Counted from the first letter of the stretch, positions 10,784-25,200 are shown. The stretch is 55,071 bases of DNA from Fonticula alba ATCC 38817 (GCA_000388065.2 KB932205.1); one strand, 5' to 3'. The notes: generated by a model from the letters alone, not told the origin. Program-made: numbers and translations.

Positions 10784-13700
10784 TCCCTCCTCCATAGTGT
10801 CTGGTGGTCATGGAGCATGACAATGAAGACTCGGCGCTCATTGCCAGCCGGGTCATGACCGACGTCATCCGGAATGCCGATCAGATAGCCGCCCAGCAGC
10901 AGGCCGAGGCCAGCCGCCTGGAGGCCCTTCGCCTGCGTGAGGAGGCCAGCCAGGCTGCCGCTGCCAATCAGGCCGCTGCGGCGGCCGCTGCCGCGGCGGC
11001 CGCTGCCGCCAGCAAGGCTGCCGCTTCCTCGAACAAGATCGAGGCCCCGGGCGACGGTAAGAAGGACGCTCCGGATGGGCCGTCCGCCGGCGGTGCCGCG
11101 CCCCCGACCAAGCCCGGCGTCAAGCCCCCGGCCACGGCCAAGGCAGCCAAGGCCAAGACCGCGGCCGCCTCGGCCAAGCCTGGCAAGGCGCCGGGTGCGG
11201 CTGTGGCTGCGGCGACCACCGCCGCCGCTCCGACCACCGTCGGGGGGGCCGCCGGGTCCGCCCCCGCTGGAAAGGCCGCCACCGCCGTCGGGAAGGGAGC
11301 CGCTGCTGCGGCTGCGGCTGCGGCTGCGACTGCGGCCGTGGCCGCGGCCACTGCGGCGGCGGCCGCCCCGGTCACCGCCCCGGCCCCGGCCGGTAGTGCG
11401 ACTCCGATGAGCGGCTCCGCGCCTGCTGCAGCCATTTCACGGCCGACGGCCGCGTCGCTGACCGCGCGCCTGACCGGCACCAAGGCTCAGGCGCACACGC
11501 AGCAGTGCCTGCGTGCCCTGCTGGGTCTCTTCCGCACGGCCTGCTCGAACCATGGTCGCTCTGTGCGCATTCTCCTCACCGCCGTGGCCAGCACCACCCC
11601 CGAGGAGGGGGCCAGTGGCGAGGACGACCCGGAGTCCTGCTACGGTGCACGCCCGGCCGGGGTGCCCCCCTCCAAGGGGCTGCTCAAGTCGCTGTTTGGC
11701 TTCCGCGTGCGTTGTCGTGTGCCCCCCTTGGCCGGCTGAAGCCAGCCCGCCTGCCCGCCTGCCATCCTCCCTCTCCCTCTTCATCTTTTGCTGACTCCTC
11801 CACTCGGCCTGCTCCCTCCTGGCCCCATGCCGCGGTTTGCCCATGGGTGATGTGTAGTTCCTCGGCGAGCTCACCTCCCTGCTGGGGTTCCTCCTGCGGG
11901 ATGCGCGCTCGGCCGACCTCGGCGACCTGAACCACTTCCAGGAGTCCATGCAGCTGGCTCTGCGGGCCATTTTGCCGACCCCCGGGCCCGGGGAGGCCTT
12001 CCCCCTGCCCTCGCCGCAGCCCTACCTCGACTGCCTGTGGGTTCAGTGCCGGCTGGTGAATGCCCAGTTTGCCATCCTCTCCTCCCGTGGGACGGACCTC
12101 ATCCTGACCATTCCCCGGCTGGCGATGCGTCTGCTGCGGGCCTGCCCGCCGGACACGGTGGCCGTGCGCCGGGACATCCTGAACCTCCTGCGGCACTCGA
12201 TGCTCCATGAGCCGCGGCACAATTACCTGGATTACTTCGAGGACTTCCTGGACGAGACGACCCTGCTCGGGAACCCGCGCATGCATTCCGGCACCGCGGG
12301 AGCCAATGCGGCCAGTTTGCTGGCCTATTCCATGCTCCGGCCGATGGCCGTGTCGATTGTGGCGGATTACGTGCACTTTGCCCGGCGGCAGTTGTCCCTC
12401 GCGCGCATGCAGGCCGCCACCGAGGCCTACTGCCGGTACCTGCATGACCAGGAGCTCCCGATCAATGTGCAGATCCTCTCGGTCAAGGTGCTGCTGAACC
12501 TGTGCGAAACCCTGTGCATTACTCCGCGCGATGGCGAGCCGCCGGCCGCCCGGCGGAACATCGTGCTGGCGGTCTTCCGGTCGATCGCCGGCAAGTTCGA
12601 CCAGCTGGCCGCCATGTTGCCGGTGCTGGTGGCCCGTGCGCGGCGCCGTGATGTCGCCCTGGCGGCTGACGCGCCTGACTCGGACACCGCACAGGCCTCC
12701 GCTTCCCCGGGGCAGCCTCTCGACGATGTCACCGCCGGCGACTGGGCCCTGCACCAGCCGCTGCTCACTTGGCCGTATGCCGAGCTGACGTACCCCGGCG
12801 GGGCGCTGGCCGCGCCCGGGTACCAGCTGAAGTTCGGCCTCGGCACGGCGCACCCGACCTCGGCCCTGGCGGCCTCCACCATGACGGCCATTTCGTCGGC
12901 CTGTGTGGTGGGCTCGTCCTCGGCGTCGCTGACGGCCACGGCCGTGGCCACGGCCGCCGTGTCGGCCAACGGCAGCATCGACCTGGCCCTGGCCCAGCGC
13001 ATTCCCTCCCTGATAGGCATCCTGCCATCGGTGCCGCAGGCGGTGCACGAGAATTTGAAGGATGCCCGGGCCCTGTACCGGAATCTGGCGTCGCTGCTGC
13101 CGAATTTGCAATTGGTGGTTCTCTTCTTGGACCTCCCTCCCAACAGCCCGACCACCATGCAATTCCATGCGCGCATCAATGCCGAGATGGCCACCGGCCC
13201 CGGGGGCATGGGCCAGGTCCAGGTGCAGGCCCTGCTGCGGGATCTGCTCAAGCGCCATGTGCCCTTCACTCCGAGTGAAGGGTCGCTCTCGTTGCGGTTC
13301 TTCGCCGGGCTCTTCCAGTCCGGCCTGCGGGCGTTCGATGTCTTCCTGCCGGCGGTGGCCCGGACGTCGGCCACCTGCCTGCGGGGGGCCCTGGCCACGG
13401 CCATGGAGGCCACCGGCGGCCTGCCGGTCCTGTCGGAGGCGCTGCGGCTGCAGCGTTTGGCCGGCGCGCCGACCCCCTTCGGCGACCTGCTGGACTTGGC
13501 CAGTGCCTTTTCCCCGACCGAGGCCCTGGCCGCGCACTGGTATGCCGGGGGCCGGGTGCCGGGGGTGCGGCTGCCGTTGCACACCGGCCCGGGGGCCGGG
13601 GCCGCGTCGCTTGTCGATCAAACGGTGGCCGACCTGCTGGCCGAGGATCTGGCCGCCCTGCGCGGGGACCAGGTCGATGTGGCGGCCTCCCGGGTGCCGG

Positions 13701-16700
13701 CCGACATCGCGGCCTTGCCGCAGTCTCCCTCGTTGAATTACTCCTCGCCGGCCATCCTGCAGCCCTTGCCGCGCATTGAACGCGAGGCGCTCAGTCACTT
13801 TGCCAATCTCCTGTCGCTGTTGCACCCGCTGGCGGTGCGCGACCTGCTGGAGGGGCTCCTGCCGATGTTGGTCGGTCGGATTGCCGAAAACCTGCAAACC
13901 TTCGGCTTCATGCAGGATCTGCTGGCCACCCCGCCGCCGGTGTTGAATGCCGTCACGGCCGAGTGCCTGGGCCGGTGGCTTGTGGCTCGGATTGAGTGGT
14001 GCGGCCCGGATGCCGAGCGGGCCATCGACCGTGCGCACCGGCAGCAGGCCCTGCGCCGGGCCGGCGGCGAGACGCTATTGCACATGGCCGCGGCCGCGGG
14101 CACGGCCCCGGTGCGCAGCCAATGTGTGTGCTTCGCCCCCGGGGCTTTCGATGATGATTCGGACCTGGTCCGCCGGGCCCTGCTCGGGGTGCCGGGGCTG
14201 GATCAGCCGGAGGTGGGGCAACGCCGGGAGGCTGGCGCCCCGGCCCCCGGGCTCCCGCCGGCCGTGTGCCCCTCATGCGACGCGACCCTCCTGCATGCGG
14301 CCCCGCTGACGCCCATTTCCATGGTCCTCCTGCGCCTGTTCAAGCTGGTCCTGACCACCTTCTCCCAGGACAGCAAGAACCCCATGGACCAGGGGGAGCA
14401 GCCGCTTCAGCCCTACCTGCGGTATATGATCATCAAGACGCTTGAGGTACGACCCGGGAGCCGCGTGCCGGTGGGATCCCCCCCCCCCCACCACTCAACT
14501 CAACTCACCTTGCAATCTCGGCCGCCCCCCTCTCCCCGCACCCCCCCCCTCCCCCCCTCCCCTGTGCCCTCTCGGGGCCTGACTGGACTCTAACGTGCAT
14601 CGGGCTCGGGCCCCCTTCCGCCATGCCTCTCGACACGGCGATCGCCAGGTCGCCGGACGGGCGCACGACCCCCGGTCACATCTGGGCCTCTTGCGGACCC
14701 TCTTCCGGAACCTGGCCCAATCGCGGTCGGACTCCACCTACAAGATCATCCTCTCGCTGACGCCGTTCCTGCTGACGCAGCTGACGCGCCAGCTGGAGGC
14801 CCGTGCCGAGGACAAGGACGTCCGGGATATCCTGGTGGAGCTGTGTCTGACGGTGCCCGTCAAGCTGTCGGACCTGCTCAATGACCTGGGGTACCTGATG
14901 AAGCCGCTGATCCTGGCCCTGCGATCGGGCACCGAGCTCGTGGGCCAGGGTCTCCGGACGATTGAGCTGTGCATCGAGACCCTGGCGGCATCCTTCCTGG
15001 ACCCGCTGCTGGCTCCGCATGCGGACGATCTGATGGACGCCCTGAGCCTGCACTTGCGCCCGCTGCCGCACAACAGCACCCACGCGCACACGACGCTGCG
15101 GATTTTGGGCAAGCTCGGCGCTCGAAGCCGTCGCTTTGCCCATCCCCGGCCGCTGGCCTTCAACCACTCGCCGGAGGCCGGCTGCACGGTGTCCTTCCCG
15201 GTGAAGAGCGGCCTGGCCGAGCCGGCGGCCCCGGGGGAAGCCACGCATCTGGCCACCTCGGCCATGGAGGCGGCCAGTGTCTCCAGCGCCGCGGTCAATT
15301 GGCTGAGCTTGCCGATGGATGCGGCGGTGGCCGAAGCCGCGCGCATCCTCCGGCTGCCGCTGATCCTGCCGCCCGGGGACCCGGACGACCCGGCCGCCTC
15401 GCCGGTCCTGGTGGGCCTGGAGCAGGAGCTGGCCCGGCGTCGCGACGCCTCGGCCCTGGTGTGCGCCCTGCTGGAGCTGCTGCTGGATCCGCGTGCCGGG
15501 TCGGAAGACTCGGCCACCGAGGCGCCCCCCGGTGCCGGGTCCGAGGGCGGCCTCGGGCCTCTGCCCAATGTGGTGGCCGCCACCTTCCAGATGGTGCCGG
15601 ATATCGCCGCGCGTCGGGCGGCCATTTCCCGGGCGGCGGCGGCAGCAGCTGCGACGGCGGCAGCGGCGGCGGCGTCCACAGCCGCCGGGTCCGACCCGGC
15701 AGCCCCTCCCCCGGAGCCGGCTTCCACCCCGGAGGCCGAGCGGGCGGCCGCCATGGCCGCCACCGCGGAGCAGCTATTCCAGGAATGGCGCCGGCGTGAG
15801 GCGGCCGGAGCCGGGGCCGGCATGCCGGCTACCATGAGCACCGGCGGCCCGACTGGGCAGTCCTGCCGGGAGTCCTCCGCCTCGCGGTTGATGGCGGCGG
15901 TTTTGCTGGCCGCGGCTCCGCCCTTGCTGGAGGTGACCCTCGGCGAGGCGGTCCTCGGATCGAGCCTGGTGGACCCGACGCGTGGGCCGTACGGCTCGGT
16001 CGAGGCGGCCATCCGCCTGACTCGGTCGTCTCTCGGCCGGCGGTACGAGCGCGAGGTCCAGGCCCCGGCCCGGGCCCTGCTGGCTGTGGTGGCCCGGCAG
16101 CTGGCCCTCTGTCGAGTGGCTGGCCGGGTGTTCTACCGGCCGGCGCGCTTCAATCCGGCCTTCCCGCCCCTGGCTCCCGGCCGGCCCGGGGAGTTCCAGC
16201 CGCCGCTGGAGCCCATGCAGGTCCCGCCGGTGCAGCATGCCACGGCCCCGCACTTCGATCTGGATGTGCTGGTTTCGGCACTGGTCCATGTGCTGACACG
16301 CGAGCGTCGCGACGACCGGGTCCTGGCCGGCGAGGTGGCCCGCATCCTGCGCATCTATCGCGACACGTGCTACTTGAGTCTGGCCTCGCAGCCGGGTGCG
16401 TGTTCCCATGTGCCAGGGGGGGGGGCGGAGGGAGGGGGGGGGGGCTTTCTCCCTTGCTTTCCTTTTCTTTCCGTGCTGCCCGCCCTGTCCCGTGCCCCGT
16501 GCCCCGTGCCCCATGTCGGTCCATGTCCTCCTCTGTCCCACTCACTCTCTCTGTCTCTGTCTCTCGCTGTCTGTGTCGCACCCGCAGAGGCCGTCTACAT
16601 GGAGCTCTTCTTCGAAAAGCTCCTGACGCAGCTTCTGTTCAACTGCAGCGCCGAGAGCAGCACCGTGCGCTTCGGGGCGGTCCTCGGCCTGCGGGTGCTC

Positions 16701-16993
16701 ATCGACCAGCCGCAGCTGGATCTGAAATCCTGCGGGGTCACCCGGCAGATGCTGCTGCCGGAGCGCTTCCCCCTGGAGGAGCGAGACTTTGTCCTGCCCG
16801 CCTCGCTGGAGGGGTCCATTCCCGGGGACTTCGCCTACCAGCCGCTGGGGCTGAGCCCCGGGTGGCTGATCCACTTTGAGGATCGCATCGTCGGGTCGCT
16901 GTTGCATGTCCTGCGCGACAGCTGCCCGGACTTGCATGCCAGCCTGGTGGCCGAGACGCGCCTTTGCCTGACCACGCTGCTGGCGGTGCGTGT

Positions 16994-17059
<66 letters not shown>

Positions 17060-20000
17060 TTGCCGGGCCTCGGCCCATGGGCCGGCATCACGCCCGACTC
17101 TGACCCTTCTCGCTCCCCTCATTTTGGTGGGCTCGGCTTGTGCATGGGTGCCTCTTCTTCTTTTTTTTCTCCTCTCCGTCTGCTTCTCTCCCTCCCCCCC
17201 CCCCCCCCCCCCGACGTGCAATGCTCCGCGGAATGCCCACCGCCGGGAGCTTTTGCGCCGGCTCCGGTCAGCCGCAAGCACCACCGCAGCCCACCCCAGC
17301 GCCAATGACGAGCCGGCACCCCCGGCTGGAGCTGATCTGACCATGGCCCCAGCCGAGCAGGATCCGACGACCGGGGCATTGCCCGACTCGCCCGGCTCTT
17401 CGGAGACCCCCCTGCCGGCGGGCGATGCTGCCATGGTCGACGCGCCGACCGACGACCTGGCCAGCGAGGCTGGCCTCCGGCCAGGCGCCATGCCGTCCTT
17501 TGGGTCCTTCCAGCCGGACGTCCTCAACGCCACGCACGAGGCGGCCCTCGTGTGCTTGGTTCAGGTATGCACACATGGGTCTTCCCTGCCGGCCTCGCGG
17601 CGCCACAAATGCGACCACCGGCCCGGAGCAGCCGACACCGCTGCCGCCCCCTGGCCGTGCCTCTCCCCTCCGTGTGCTGACCTTTCTGCTTCTCCCTCCC
17701 GGCTTAGCGCCTGCTCCACGAGCTTAACACTCCGTCGGAGCTGGTGCGGCGCACGGCGCGCACTTGCCTGCGGATCCTGGCCCGGAGCCGGTACATGGAC
17801 GAGGCGCCGCCGGTTCCAGCCGGACCAAACGCCGAGGAGGCCGGCATCCTCTCGGATGAGAGCGACTCCCTGTGCCGACTGCTGAAGGCCGCGCGGAATC
17901 TCTCGCTGGCGCGCTTCAACCGGGTGCAGCCGTTCGACGTGCTGACGCCGGCCTCCGGCAACCCGGCCCAGACGCCCCATCGGGCGCGCTTCCACCAGTA
18001 CACCGTGGCACAGCAAACGGCCTACCTCGAGTGCATGGGGTTCTACCTGTCGATGAACATCACCTTTGTGTCCAGCGAACTGGCCGAGATGATGAGCAAC
18101 TTCGTGTCGGGCATCATCGCCGGGGTGCTGCCCCTCTTCGCCAACATGGTGAAGATCCCGCCCGAGCATGCGCACTTCGTCGACAACCCGGCCGACTCGC
18201 TGATCCCCCAGCCGGGGTATGGCATCTTCCCCTGGTCCAAGCAGCGCATTCGCGTTTTCAGTGCCATGATCGAGCTGTTTGCCGTGCTGCTGGTCCGCCA
18301 GGAATTCGCCGACCTCCGGTGCGCCCCACCATGCATGCTCCTGGGGCCTTTTGCCGTTGGTCCTTCTACTCTCGGCCCCGCATCGTCCCTCGCCCTTTCT
18401 CTCTATCGCCCACACACACACACATACACACACCTTGCTGACTGCGATTCTTGCCCACCCCTGGACACAGCATCAAGATCACGCACTTCCTCTTCGTGGT
18501 TTTGTCCTCTCCGATGACCGCCCTGCATCCGGTCACGCACAAGGTCATCAGCGTTGCCAATGTCCTGAACCGGGTGGATCGCCAGTCGCTGCAGCGCTTC
18601 CTCCGGCCCTTCCTGTCCAATGTCAACAGCTACTCTCGGCTGGACATGTACATCCTCCGGTCGCTGTCCTCCTTCCTTGACCTGCTGCCGGCGCTGTTCA
18701 ACATCAACCTCGGCAACCGGGTGCGTGGCTGGTCTTGCGGCCGACGCCGGGCAATCCCCGGCCACCCTGATCTCGGGTCCCGCCTCCCTTTTCCCATTTG
18801 CCTTTGCTTCTCTTCGCTGACACTTGCCACGTTCCCTGCCCTCTCCCTCTCTCTCTCCCCCCCCCCCTCCCCCCCGTTGCACACGCGCTTAGTTGTTCGA
18901 GCTCCTCGGCCTGTGGGGCTCGCTCCTGGCCCTGAGCATGGGGGTCCCGGCGGCCGAGCTCCAGGAGTACGACCTGCCGGAGCCCTCGTCGGAGGTCCCG
19001 CTGACCAGCCAGCCCCTGCCCTTCCGCAAGCAGTCCATCGACCTGAGTGTGGCCATCTTGCACACGTTCCACCTGCTGTCCGACTGGGCGGAGGCCCTGC
19101 TGGAGATCACCTTCAAGCGGGTGGTCGGCCTGGAGCGCCTGCTGCAAATGTCCCTGGCGTCGCCATACCGGCTGCCGCTGGCCCGGTTCATGGCTCGCTA
19201 CCCCCGGTCGGTGGTGGGGCTCTTCTTCAACTTCACGCCCGTGACGGCGGCCATGGCCGCCGCGCCCGGGGGCAGTGGGTCGGCCATTTGCCCGAAGGCC
19301 CTGCGCCAGATGCCGGACCTGGAGGACATGCTGTCGGCGTCCTTCTTTTCCGGCGCCCACTTCACCCTGTTCCTGGACCTGGTGGAGACGTACGGGGCCA
19401 CGCTCTTCGAGCCGGTGGCCCTGGCCCTGGCTCCGGTGGTGCCGTCGCTGTTGGTCCTGCTGACGCGCAATGTGCCGGCCCTGGGTGGCCGTGCGCTGCA
19501 CACGCTCGGCCAGGCGGCCCGCCTGACTCGCCTGGCTCTGGACCTCTTTGGCCCTGCCTACCTGCGCCTGATCCGGCCGTACTTGATGGAGTTCCTCCGC
19601 GCGGCCTATGAACAGGCCTTCCTCTTTGGCAGTCGCGAGGGTGGCAATCCGCTGGCCATGGTGGCCGGCACCGAGCCCGCCTCCGCCCTGGCTGCCATGC
19701 GCCACCACTCCGGGGACTTTGATGATGCCCTCCGTGAATTGAGCGCCCTCTGCTGCAAGTACCTGGCTTTGTGCCTGCAGCCGGCCACGCCGCCGGCCCT
19801 GCGGGCCCCCCTGCCTGGGGACTTTGTGGCCGCGGCCCAGCGCGACCCGGCCATCGACAGTGCCCTGCCCTCGGTGGTGGAGGCCCTCTTCGGGGTGTGC
19901 CCCATCTTGGTGACCATCGCCGCCGGCAGCACGGTCATCGGTCGGCCGAGCATGCGCCTCATGGCGCGCATGCTGGCCCCGGGCCAAGCCTCGACCCCGG

Positions 20001-22215
20001 GCGGGGGCAGCGGGGCTGACACCGTGGCCGGCCTGTCGGCCGCCGACCTGGCCAGCGCCCTGCCGGTGGTCCGTGACGGCACGGCCCTCCGCGTGTCCGG
20101 CTTCCTGCACCGGTTTGTGATTGCGGCCGGCTGCGTGCAGCCCGGCGCCGATCCGGCCTCGCACCTGCGCTCGCTGCTCAGCATGTCCCTTTCGTACTTC
20201 CAGTCGCTGCCGGCCGAGGGGGGCAGCCTCTTCCTCAAGACCCACGTCATTCGCCAGCTGATCCTGCCCATCATCCAGTATTCCGCCTCGCCGGCCGGGC
20301 AGTCCCTGGTGCCGAACCCCTCGAGCCTCCTGACGCCGGAGGTGGTGCTCCAGGTGCGGGACGCCCTGCTGCCGATTCTCCTGCAGGCGGTGGCCCACTC
20401 GAGCCCGGTGGCCGGGGTTCGTCTCTTCCGGCCGTTCGGTGACCCCCGGGGCGAGGGGGCCGAGTCGCCGCCGGCGGCGGCCGGGCCCTCCTGCGGCGCG
20501 CACGACCTCCTTTGTGCGGAGACGCTGCAGCTTTTGACGGCGCTCTTTGCCCTGGGCCCGGCCTGCCTGGACCCCATTCGCCAGCCGCTGCTGGCCGCTC
20601 TGGAGTCCTTTGTCCTGGCGGCCGGGGGCACGCTTCCCGGCTCGCCGGCGGGCGAGGAGCCCGGCGAGGCCGGGGCCCGGCAGCTGGCCGGCGGTGTGGC
20701 CGAACCCATCCTCCGGCACATGGCCTACTCGCTGTTGGCGCTGGTGGCCCGAACCAGCCAGCCGGCCGCGCCGGCCGACACCGTGCTCGACATGCTGGCA
20801 TACCTGACGCGGGGCCTGCCGCCGACGGCGGTGCAGCTCCCCTGCGGCGCGATTGCCGGCAATGGTGCGCACTACTGGCACGAGTGCCGGATGCTCACGC
20901 GCCAGACGCTGGACATTCTCCTGCCGACCATCGGCCGGACGGACATGCAGGACCCCGAGGGCGATGTGCCGGCTTGGGTGGCGGTCCTGCAGGCTGCGGC
21001 CCTGGAGGATCTCAACCCGCTGATTCAATTCTGCGCCACGCCCCGGGCGTCGGATGGGCTGGTGCCCGGGTCGACGACGGCCGCGCACCATGCGGCCCTC
21101 GGCCGGCTGAGTGGCCAGCACACCGGCTTCACCTCGCACGGGGTGTGGCTGCTGCTGGTCCGCCACCGGGACCAGCTGTTCCCCCATCGCGGGCTGCTTG
21201 TCAACCCCATCGCGCGGATCATCCACCGGCTGGTGTTCGGCCCGAATGCCACTGGCACGGTGTCCTCGCTCTTCCATGAGAACCGCCAGCTGGCTTGCGA
21301 GCTGGTTGAGCTGGTGCTGGCCTGGGAGCAGCGCGCTGCGGCCAGCGGGGCCAACCGGCCCGCTGCCGAGTCCCCGCGCCTTGGGAAACGCGCACGTCGG
21401 TCGGACTCCGATGGGGGGGATTCCCCGGAGGCCGGGCAGTCGTCCTCCGACGACAGTGCCACCCCGGGTCCGGAGCCGGCTGACGCGGCTTCGGCCCGGC
21501 AGCCGGCCCCCGTGCTGGCCTTCTTCGCTGGGTTTGCCTTCCGCCTGGCGTGCACCCTGTCGGAGATTGGGCACCCCTCGTCGGCCGACCGCCGGCAGCT
21601 GCTGGATGTGTCGGTCGATCGCCGGTGTCTGGTGGCCGATGCGGCCGTGGTGTCCCGGCGTTTGTTGGCCTGCTTCCGGCAGTTCCTGGCCCTGCCGGGA
21701 GCCGACACCGACATCCGTCCGCTCCTCCGCCTGGACCTGGTGGAGAAGGGCCTGCAGGATATCATCACCCAGTTGGACAATGTCCGCCGGCAGCACACCC
21801 CGCCCTTGACCCTGCCGATCCTGGCCATCAGTTGTCTGACCGGGGCCGGTATCATGGTCAGCAATGGGTCCAGCCTCGGGGCCGGGGACTCCGCCCCGGA
21901 TGCCGGGCTCCGCCTGGTTCCCGGGTACCAGTTGCTCCGGCCGCCGGCGGCCGTGGACCCGACGGCCGAGGCCGCGGCCACCCTCCAGCGCACTCCGGCC
22001 GCGGCGAATTTCCGCCTGCGCCAGCTGTGGCGCGCGCTCTTCCGCTGGATCAGCCCGGAGCTCGGCCTGACCAACACCCAGCTGTCGCACACGCACACGC
22101 CGGTGCTGGTGGCTGACGCGGCCGAGGCCGCCATCGCCGCGCTGGCCGGCTCGGTGGTCATCTGTCGCGCCTCCCCGCCTGAGTCTGGTACGTGGGCCTG
22201 CTTGCCTGCCTCCCC

Positions 22216-22296
<81 letters not shown>

Positions 22297-25200
22297 GGCC
22301 GGCATCGGTGTCGGCCTCGGTCTGACCATCACCGAGATCATGCAGAAGGACCAAAGCACCGACCTCATCGTGGGCCCCCCCCCCCCCCCCCCCCCGCTTT
22401 TTGCCCTCCTTCCTCGCGCGCGCGTGCGGGCACACCCCCACACGCACATGCACATGTACACGCACACACATACAAAGACATCCTGACACTGACCCCCCTG
22501 CTGGCCTGGGCTTGGCCCCTCACTCCCGCATCGCCGCCACCGCCATCGCCCCCTATCCAGAGCTCCGCCGGACAATCGAGTCCATCGACACGCACCTGGA
22601 CCAGTGCATTGCCAACTCCCTGCGGACGACCGGCCAGTTGCCGGCCGCCGGCCGCACGGTGTCCCATTTGCACCAGGTGGCTCTGGCCGTGTACCCGGCC
22701 CTGCTGCTGTTGCGCTCGGATCGTGACGCTGTGCGCACGGCCCAGGCCGCTGCCTTGGGCCTGCGGCCGCGCCAGCACCCCGGGCTCCTGCTTTCCGCCG
22801 GGCCGGGCGCCGTGCCCGGCCTGCATGAGTATGGCGCCGGGTTCGGCTTCTCCCATGGCTTCGGCAATTGGCTGGAGGCCGACCCGCTGGTGGGGGCCTC
22901 CGGCAATGTGGCGCCCGAGGCGGCCGGGGCCGGCGGTGTGGCTCCGGCACCGGCCCGGCACCGGCCCGGGCTCGGGGACCTTTCCTCGGATCGAGTGTCG
23001 CGCTTCCTGCCGCAACTGGTCCGGGCCTTTGCCCACATGGCCTCGGCCTACAGTGACTGGTCCCGCATGCCGACCTCGAGCCAGTATGCCCGCCAGCGGG
23101 ACTTGGGCATCATTTCCACGGTGGCGGCCGTGGCCTCGGCCCCGGACCTGGGGGAGACCCTGCGCACCCTGCGCCGGGACCCGGCCTCCACGACCCCGGC
23201 CCCGCGCACGCCGCCGACCTACTTCTCCCCGAGCCCGAAGAACCGGGTGCCCCCGCTGGCCGAGTGCGCCTGTGGCGGGTGCATGGCCAGCCGGCCGGGG
23301 GCCACCGCCGCCACCGCCGAGGCCGGGGCCGGGGCTCGCCCGGCCGGGCCGTGCTTCCGCGCGGCGTCCGGCTTCAGCTGGCCCATCGACTTGCAGGCCC
23401 GGAATCTGGTGCTATTGCTGGACCTCCTGGCGGACCGGGTGGGCATGCTGTCGGCCAGCCGGCCCGGGCCCGGGCAGCCCTCCGACACGGAGCTCTTCCT
23501 GTCGGTGCTGATGCGCCTGGTCGAGTCGACCACCGATCCGACCCTGCTGGCGGCCATCCTGCGCCTGGTGAGCAGCTGGGTGCTGGGCCCGCGGTCGGCC
23601 GCCGGCCGGGCCCTCATCGCCAAGTCGGCGACCGTGCCGAAGCCGGCGCAGCCTGGCGTGACTCGGCGCCTGCCCCCGCCGGCGGACCTGGCGCGGCTGG
23701 TGCTCAAGCTCTGCCATGTGGCAACCAGCCTGGAGGACACCACCAACGACCAGCTTCACCAGGCGTACTCGCATTACCTGAACCTGGCGCTGCTGCTGCA
23801 GTTCGACACGTCGGCCCGGTCGGCCGCCGCCCTGGCCGCCTCGCATGCGGCCTTCTTCTCGGACGCCGTGCACAGTCTGGTGCTGGATGTCTTCGATGTG
23901 GCGCATCAGGGCTCCCCGGGCGAGTCGCCTGGCGCCGGGTCCCCTGGTCCCGAGGATGGGGCCCCCTCGGCGGCCATCGAGCCCGGCACCCCGACCGCCG
24001 GGTGTGTGGCCCTGCTGCCGCGCCTGGCGCCGGCCTTCATGCGTGGCCTGCGCCTCCGGCGGCCGGCCTTGCGCGAGCTCTTCCTCGGCCGGTTCCTGGC
24101 CGGGCTGACGCGCGTGCCCTCGGCCCGCCTGGCGCACCTCCTCTCGGATGACACCTGGCGGTCGGTGGCCTCGCGCTACTGGCTGGAGGCCGCCACCACC
24201 GGGCTGCTGGATCTCCTGGCCCCGGCATCGTCGCCCTTCGCCGATGGTGCTGTGGCCAGCTGCCCGGTGGGCCCGGGGGCGCCCCTCCGGCCACTGGCCT
24301 CGCCCTATGACCAGCTGCCCTCCTGTGTGTCGGTGGGCACCCTGCGCCTGCCGGCCCTGGCCGATCTGGAGCAATTTGCCCAAAGCCTGTTGACACAGGC
24401 CGCCAGCCGGCTGGGCCCGGCGGCGGGGTCCCTTCTCGGCCTGGACCGAGCCCGTGCCACCCTGCCCGACAGTCGGCCCATGCAGAACTTCGTCCGGCTG
24501 CTGACCGACCACTGTCGGGATCTGGACCAGCTGGGGCTCGGCTTTGCGCCGGATCCCCTGCTCGAGCGCGACCTCCAGCAGGTGGCCCTTGCCATGGCGA
24601 CCGGGGTCCGGCCGGCCGACGACGCCGGGCGCACCCTGCTGGACAATGTGCCGGCCGAGCTGGCTGGGCGCGGGCGCCGGCTGGCCGACCCGCGGCCCTA
24701 CCAGTCGGCGGCCCCGCGCGGGTGGCGCATCATCACCGCCCTGCGCGGGCTGCTGCACGATGCCCCGGGCCTGGCGCACTCGGTGTGGTGCTCGATGTTC
24801 CCGCGGGTGTGGCGCCTGTTGCTGACGCGCCCGGGCGAGCGGCGCCTGGTCGAGCGGCAGCTGGCCCAGCTCCTGGCCTCGGATCATCTGGTGCACCAAG
24901 AGCTCCGGGCCGGGTCGTTCGCCGTGCCGGGAACCAGCGGGTCGGATGCCCTGCCCGGGAGCGCCGGCACCGGGCCCCAGAGCGTGCACTACTTCTACCA
25001 CTCCGGGGTCCCGTCGGCGCCGGCCGGCTTCTGCGGCCATGGCGGCTCGCTCTATGCCCCGACGGCCTTCGTCAACCAGGCCATCGACGGCGTGGCCACC
25101 TCGGTGCCGGAGGCCTGTCCCTATGACACCCGGTCCTTTGGGTCACTGTCGACGGCCAGCTCGGCCGGGGCCGGGGCCGCCGGGGCCTCGGGGCTCCTGT

